From: the human T2T-CHM13v2.0 reference genome, Homo sapiens
Direction: 5' to 3' (one strand)
Assembly: GCF_009914755.1 (NCBI RefSeq)
Contig: NC_060944.1
Length of the DNA: 64,000 bases
The notes beneath the pieces were generated by a model. It ran no database searches. It was not told the DNA's origin and saw nothing but the letters and a program-made list of their open reading frames with translations. Positions 56,601-64,000 of this stretch are shown one piece after another (the stretch's first letter is position 1; the number at the start of each line of letters is the position of its first letter). Position numbers and translations under genes: made by a program.

Positions 56601-57686
56601 CTGTGCGCTCCTGTCAGCACCACCAGGGTCCACATGTCCTGGCCAGGGGCCTTGTCCCTACTGTCAGTGGAGCTGGAGTCCTCCCGAGGGCCCGAGGCCC
56701 AGCATCTTGACTTCCCTCACTCCTCAGACGCCTCCATCCCTGAGCTGGAGTCCAGCAGGAGAACATCCACCGAATCAGGCCCGTGGCACAGGAAGCCGGG
56801 TTCTGATCAGGCCTGGCTGGTAGTGGTCACTGCTCCCGTTTACTGAGCCGGGTGCTATATGTAGTAAGTGATGATGTTTAACTTGTCCAACAACCCTCTG
56901 CAATAAGCACTGTTATTATTCCCATTTTACAGATGAAGCAATAGAGGCTCAGAGAAGGAAGAGGCCCAAGGTCACACAGGCTGGACGAGGCAGTCGGCAC
57001 TCAAACCTGCTTACACTAGGGGGGTACTCCAGCTGCCTCTTGACGACCGAATAGGCCTTTCCAGCCTCACTGGGGTGGGGGTGAGGGGTGGGAGAGAGCC
57101 CCTGTTCAGGGGCCAGTGGGGCCTTACACATCCCATCCAGTGGAGGGGGACAGGAGCGCAGAACAAAGGAATGGTGACCTCAGGAACTGCCCGGCTGGCT
57201 CCTGCTCTGGAAACACCAGGGACCAGGGAAGCACAGGTTTGGTGACTGAATAGTGGACGCAGGACATGCTGAGGCCAGGGCCGAGCTGGGGCTCAGAGGA
57301 TGCACACTGGACCTTTGGCCAGAGGTGGCCTCCTTGGGACACAGGCCTTCCAGCCTCTTCCCCTGGCCAGTGCTGGACTTCTAGTTTCTTTGGCTGCTAG
57401 TGGCACAGGATGGAGGACTGATGGAATGGAGTGGAGCTCCAGGATCCAGGCCTGTCTCTGCCTAAATTAGGAGACATGTGACCTCAGAAATCCCTGCCTT
57501 TCCCTGGGCCTTAGTTACCCCTCCTATACAATGAGGTGGCGCATCAAGATGATGCCCAGATTCCTCACAGCTATAGATTATCCGAGACAGAGAGGACAAA
57601 CAAGTCAATAGCGAACCTTTATTGAGCCTCTACTCTGTGCCAGGTGCTGAATGCATGCTTCTCAAGTGTATCTCGTTTAATTTTTA

Positions 57687-57995
<309 letters not shown>

Positions 57996-58661
57996 ATAAT
58001 TTTCATGAAGTAGTCAAATAAGGATCATAATCTTCACTTTAGAGGTGAGGAAACTGAGGCTTAGAAAGGATGAGTCACTTAGAAAGGATTCTCAGGATCA
58101 CGCAGCTGGGATGCAGTGAGGCTGGACTCATGCCCATCTCTCCCTGGCTTCAGATGAGGCCATCCACAGCTCACTGCACACGTGTGTGACGGTGTGTATG
58201 CCCGGGTCAGAGCTGCACCCTGCAAGGTGTGTGAGAAGTGGGGTTTGAGGGGAAAGGGTGCACCAGAGCATGGGAGGAACAGCGCAGTGAATGTGGGTGG
58301 AAGGAAGCGAGACTAAGCAAACATGCAACTCTGGCCAAGTTTCTTTATCACCTCCAGTCTCAGTTTGCCCATCAGTAAAATGGGGATAGTCACAGCCCCC
58401 ACTTCAGGCAGTTTAAATGAGAGGAGAGAAAGTCATGGGCACAGTGCCCGTTTGCCAAATGGTGAGAAGATTCTATCTCATCTGCTCTTTGCAACAGCCC
58501 TGGGGTTGGGGAAGGGGAGATGCACATCTCTCAGATGGGGAAACTGAGGCTTAGAGAGAAGTGAGCTGCACAAGGCCACATGGGGTTGGGATTTGAACCC
58601 AGTGGGGAGCTGTCACCACTACCCCACACTAGCAAAGAGCAGATATCAGATTATCAATATC

Positions 58662-58694
58662 GGATGGATGGATGGATGGATGGATGAGTGGATG
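58662..58694. repeat. (GGAT)n microsatellite
   Basis: ggatggatggatggatggatggatgagtggatgg read directly. Confidence 0.85.
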
Positions 58695-59573
58695 GCCAGA
58701 AAAATGAAAATGTGCACACAGTCCCGGGAAATCTCTTCCTGCCAAAGCTGCCCTGGGGCCCTCTACCTGGTTTCTCATGGAGGGAGGGCAGGGCGGGTGG
58801 GAGGCCTGCAGCTCCAGGCGCCTGGGCCTGTTGCCACCTGCTCACCCACTTCTGCTCCTGGACGGCTGTTGTACCCTGGGCGGGTGAAGAGGCTGGGAAA
58901 GCCCCTGATGCTGCGCTGCTTTCGGGATCACAGCTGGAGATGTTCCCAGATTAGAGGGGAATTTATCCCCTCCGTGAGCTGCTGTGGCGTGATTTACAGG
59001 CCTTGGCGAGTTCCGTGAAAGACCGGAGCAGGTTCCAGCCATTTAAATATAATTACCTGGTGCCTCCATCCAGATTCTGCCAGTAGATCATGAATACAGG
59101 GGGCCCGGGATGCCCACTGAAGCCTCAGAAGACAGCTCGGCCCCCACCCAGGCCCAGCAATCTGGGGTCAAGTGGGTCAAGCCTGTCCGAACCCCCACCC
59201 TTGCCTGAACTTTCACCATTAGAATGTCATTCCTTTGGTTTAATGCCCCAGCCCTGGGTTTAAAGAGCCTTTGCTTCAGTGGGGAGAACATTAGCCTGGG
59301 TCTCTGAAGACCCCTGTTAGAACCCTGGGCACTTTGGTCAAGTCACTACCCCTCTTCTCCTTCTTGCACCTTAGAGCACTGAGCTGGAAATGCTCCCCAG
59401 TGATGAGGAAGCTGTGCCCTCCCATTCTAGAGATGGAGAAGCAGCCGCATGGAGAGGATGCCGCCAGAGGTGACCTGGAACTCAGAGGAAGCAGAGACTG
59501 GCTAGGGCTCAGTGTGCCTGATTCCCAGCCCACATGATGGAGGAAACTGAATCCCAGCATCAGAAGTTGGTCA

Positions 59574-59763
<190 letters not shown>

Positions 59764-61544
59764 GACGTAGCCAGCCTGACCCTTTCCCCTCCACTCAGCT
59801 GAGATCTTGGCCCTAAACAATGCCCTTGGAGCCGAAGGGGCCTCCTTGTGGTTAAAAACTCCAGCTCTGTAGACTGGAGGCTGGGGCCACCTCTGCACCT
59901 CTGAGTCTTGGGTTCCTCATGTATAAAGGGTGGTGTTAGCAGTGCACACTCACAGGGTCACTCTAAAGCTTCAAGGAGAAACATGAGCAAGAGCCCAGCT
60001 CAGGGACCAGCCTGCGGCCAATGCAGGAAGTGTGGTTTATGATTTGGAATCAGGAAGATCCAAACTGGGTCCCGGATCTGCCACTTGCCGGCTGTCAGAC
60101 CTTGGGCACCTCTCTGGGCCTCAGTCTCCTCACCTGTAAAATGGAGATTCAAATCCCTACCTGTCAGTGCTGTGAGCATTGAATTATAAAACAGGTTATG
60201 CACTTGGCACGTGGCCTGATACATTCTGGGCCTTCAGCAAATGATGGCTGCAGCTCGTGGCAATGAGGAAGTAATAACCCCTGCCAGGATGTGGAGTGTC
60301 CGGCTTCACCCGGCCAACCATAGCTGAAGGCCTACTACGTACTGGGCTCTGCCGTGGCAAAGTGACGAGCAAAATCCACTCAGTCTCTCCTCATAAGCCT
60401 CTCAGTCCTGTGGAGGAGACCAGCACAAACACGTTTCAGAAATCACATTTGTGTATTCATTCAATAATTATTTCTGGAGCTCCCACTTGGCGCCAGGACC
60501 TCTGCTAGGAAACAAGGAGCCACAGCCCTGTTGTCATGGAGTTTACATGTAGTGAGGACACGGCCAAGAAATAGACATGTAATGTGGCAGAGAAGGGTAA
60601 GTGTTGAGGAAAATATAGAAGGGTTAGGGGCTTCAGAGGGATGAGGGCTGCATTTTAGATGAGATGGTCCTGGAGCGTTTGCGAGGCAAGGAGGCAGACA
60701 GGTGGCAGATACAGGCCCAGGTCACAGTCACGGCGAGTCTTGTGAGGTGTGGTGAGCACCCTGGTCTTGGCCTGAGTGAGGAGACCAGCTTTGCAAAGGG
60801 AGGCGCCAGGGTGGGAGCCTGCCATCTGCCTCGGGACCCCTGCAGCCCAGCTCCAGCATGCAGCATGGTGGGCACTCCAGAACACTTGGAAGGAGAGAAG
60901 AAAAGAAAATCTAGAAAGGCACTCTCTGGTGGGGGAGGGGCCTGGGGATGCCCAGGGCACAGACAAGTAACATGGAGGCCTGGTCCCTGTTCTCTGGCCC
61001 CAGAGGGTCCACGTCCACCAAGGTCCGACATATGGATGTCCCAGGGAGGAAGGCAATTTCAGCCAAATGATGATAATGAAGGTGTGTGTGGTAAGGAACG
61101 CAGACATGGCAGAGGACAGAGCATTTCCCATCGCCGTCGCCTCTAATCCAAGCACCTCATGAAATTGGCTCTTCTATCCCCCATTTTACAAAAGAGGAAA
61201 TCGAGATTGAGCCAACTTAAGAGATTTGCCCAAAGCCACCGGGTACGTAAACGGCAGAGCTAGGTCTCAAGCCCAGGCCCGGGGCTGCCTTTCTAAGGGA
61301 CAGTGCGCTTCAGACTTGGAAGGAGATGCCTCTGGAGGTATGGGGCTCCCTCTGATTGGAGAGGTCCTGGAAGAAGTTAGCCCCACCCTGCAGGGTGCAG
61401 CTGGCCAAAGGAGGAGCCACATGCAACCTTGAGGATACAGCAGAGAATGAGAGTGTTGTTTTTGCCCTTATAGAGCTTATGGACTGGTAGGGGAGATAAA
61501 CACTAAACAGCTAGGTGCACAACTACTTATTTGATTAAAATTGT

Positions 61545-61831
61545 GGTCAGGTGCAGTGGTGCACGTTTGTAATCCCAACACTTTGGGATGCCGAGGTGGG
61601 AGGATTGCTTGAGGCTAGGAGTTTAAGACCAGCCTGGGCAACATAGCAAGACTCCATCTCTACAAAAAATAAAATTAGCTGAACATGGTGGTGTGCACCA
61701 GTGGTCCTAGGAAGCAGAGGTGGGAGGATCGTTTGAACCTAGGAGTTCAAGGTTACAGGGAGCTATGATTGAGCCACTGCACTCCAAGGCAGCAGAGAGG
61801 CAGAGCGAGATCTGGGTGGCAGAGCCAGATC
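61545..61831 (+). mobile_element. Alu (AluJ-like), 3' end rearranged and lacking an A tail
   Basis: Alu consensus ending in duplicated ggcagagc(g/c)agatc. Confidence 0.88.
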
Positions 61832-62117
61832 CTTTTTTTTCTTTTCTTTTTTTCTTTTCTCCTTCCTTCCTTCCTTCCTTCCCTCCTTCCTTCCTTCCTT
61901 CCTTCCCTCCTTCCTTCCCTCCTTCCTTCCTTCCCTCCTTCCTTCCTTCCTTCCTTCCTTCCTTCCTTCCTTCCTTCCCTCCTTCCTTCTTTCCTCTCTG
62001 TTTCTTTCTTTCTCTTTCTTTCTTCTTCCTTTCTTTCTCTTCCTTTCTTTCCTTTTCTTTTCTCTCTCTCTTTCTTTCTTTCTCTCTCTCTCTTTCTTTC
62101 TTTCCTTTCTTTCTTTC
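61832..62117. repeat. Polypyrimidine tract with (CCTT)n core and CT/CTTT-rich flank
   Basis: ~285 bp almost free of purines on the + strand. Confidence 0.95.
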
Positions 62118-62400
62118 ACAGAGTCTTTTTGTCCCTCAGGCTGGAGTGCAGTGCAGCAGCTCAATTTCAGCTCACTGCAACCTCTTCCTTCCAGGCTCAA
62201 GTCATCCTCCCACCTCCGCCTCCCAAGTAGCTGGGAATACAGGCACGTGCCACCACGCTTGGCTAATTTTTATATTTTTTTTGTAAAATCTAGGTCTCAC
62301 TATATTGTACAGGTGGGTCTCAAACTCCTGGGCTAAAGCGATCCTCCTGTCTCGGGCTCCCAAAGTGCTGGGATTACAGGCGTGAGCCACTGTGCCTGGC
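62118..62400 (-). mobile_element. Alu (AluJ-like)
   Basis: Reverse Alu consensus; its tail is the adjacent pyrimidine tract. Confidence 0.9.
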
Positions 62401-62957
62401 AAGACCCCATCACTTCAAAAAAAAAAGTGACCAGGATGATGGCTGTTACTGCTGCTGCTTCCACCACCCTGGCACTGGGGCCCTGCTTCCTCTCTGAAGC
62501 TGGAGAAGGCTGGGCAGCCCTCAGAGGCTCCCTCTGCTCTGCAGCAGGAAATCTCAGGAAGACGCTGTCACCCAAGGGGAAAGCAAGGAGGATTAACCCC
62601 TGAGGCTGCAGGCATCCTTGAACAAGCCCAGCTTTACCAGCCACCTGGGCAGGTCCTCCCCAAGCCTGAGGCCCTGTCTTCTGCCTGCCTCCACCTGAGG
62701 GCTCTGATGGCAGAGGCTGGGGGCAGTGGACCTTGGTCCCAGCCACTGTGTGACTTCAGCCCAGCCACTTCATCTCTCTGAATCTTCGTGGTTTCAGCTG
62801 TAAGATGGAATGAACAGTCCCATCCTTGTCACGAGGATTTGGTGAGATAAATCCTGGTGTCTGGCACACAGGAAGCGCTCAACAGATGCTCATCCCCTTC
62901 TCCTGTGTGGGGTCCATGGAGATACTAGGCCCAGGCCTCCCTTAGAGGCATCTAGCT

Positions 62958-63284
62958 CTGTGCTGTCCGCTATGGTAGTCATGAGCCACACGGACCATTG
63001 AGCACTGAAAATGTGGCTGTCCAAAATTGAGATGTGCTTTAAGTATAAAATGCACACACCAGATTCTGGTGGCTTGGTATGGAAAAAGGAACGTAAAATA
63101 TCTCAGTAATAATGCTTTATATTGATTATGTGTTGAAATGATAATATTTTTGATATATTGGGTGACATAAAACAGATTATGAAAGTTAATTTCACCTGAT
63201 TGCTTTTACTTTTTTAAAATGTGGCTACTAGAAAATTTAAAATTACACAGGTGGCTCGCATTTTACTTCTGTTGGACAGCATCG
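62958..63284. mobile_element. MER33-like hAT-Charlie element, full length
   Basis: TIRs ctgtgctgtcc...ggacagcatcg; degenerate 8-bp TSD atctagct / gcctagct; internal sequence matches my recollection of MER33. Confidence 0.85.
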
Positions 63285-63610
63285 GCCTAGCTAATTACTC
63301 ACAACCATGGAATATTTAGACTGGCATTAACCACGCCATTAAAGTCAGTTCAGGATTTTAAAAACACTCCTACAAGCAGGGCCTTGTAATTGGCAGAGAC
63401 CCTGCTGTCCCGCGGTGTTTAATAAGCACTTGGTTTGCAGGGTGAAGGGCCCTAGGAACCCCTCCCTGATGCAATTAATTGCCTTTGATGGGGATTGTCA
63501 TTAGGCTTCTTGCTGGGACAACACAGATACGAGCCACATGTACTTACTGGCCTTGGTAGAGTGCAATTTGTGGGTTTAGGTTCAAATCTGAGGGCCAAAG
63601 CCTGGAGGGA

Positions 63611-63776
63611 TACTATGGGCTGAATGTGTCCCCCAGATTCATATGTGGAAGCCCTAACTCCCAATGTGGCTGTACGGTATTTGGGGTAAGGAAGTAAATA
63701 AGGTTAAATGAAGTAGGAAGGGTGGAGCTCTGATCTGATAGGATTAGTGTCCTTATAAAAGAGACAATAGATATTA
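63611..63776 (+). mobile_element. MaLR LTR (MLT1A/MST-like), 5' part
   Basis: tactatgggctgaatgtgtcccccagattcatatgtggaagccctaactcccaatgtg...ggattagtgtccttataaaagaga. Confidence 0.85.
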
Positions 63777-64000
63777 GGCTGGGCACAGTGGCTCAAGCCT
63801 GTAATCTCAGCACTTTGGGAGGCCAAGGCAGGCAGATCATTTGAGGTCAGGAGTTCAAGACCAGCCTGGCCAACATGGTGAAACCCCGTCTCTACTAAAA
63901 ATACAAAAATTAGCTGAGTGTGGTGGCAGGTGCCTGTAATCCCAGCTACACAGGAGGCTGAGGCAGGAGAATCGCCTGAACCTGAGAGGCAGAGGTTGCA
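63777..64000 (+). mobile_element. Alu (AluS-like), cut by the window end
   Basis: Alu consensus up to gcagaggttgca. Confidence 0.92.

Noticed and set aside
61720-62286. ORFs of 145-188 aa with PSFL or KEGR repeats
   Set aside because: Translations of the (CCTT)n tract and flanking Alus.

Overview
Human (primate) genomic DNA, dense in Alu, MIR, L2, L1, MaLR and MER repeats. Bases 1 to ~40,200 hold the 3' end of CTNNBL1 (beta-catenin-like 1, PRP19/CDC5L spliceosome complex, AID interactor) on the + strand. Five coding exons (8175-8272, 10412-10492, 27972-28109, 28345-28417, 39998-40086) splice in frame through GT-AG introns to give the C-terminal 159 aa (EHVCSILAS...RILGLLENF*). A short 3' UTR with an ATTAAA signal follows. 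The window starts inside an upstream intron. The last ~24 kb is GC-richer intergenic DNA with no supportable coding exon; from memory the next gene is VSTM2L, which is not visible here. The other ORFs in the track are repeat-derived or chance. I cannot support a new gene or multi-gene system. The best unexplained structure is a non-Alu 197-bp inverted duplication (~97.5% identical arms, 588-bp spacer) at 11630-12611, next to two small templated-rearrangement scars. Also notable are a 6x45-bp minisatellite, a hairpin scar in an LTR, closely spaced inverted Alu pairs and several motif-rich candidate enhancers. Repeat family names and most repeat boundaries are by eye and approximate.
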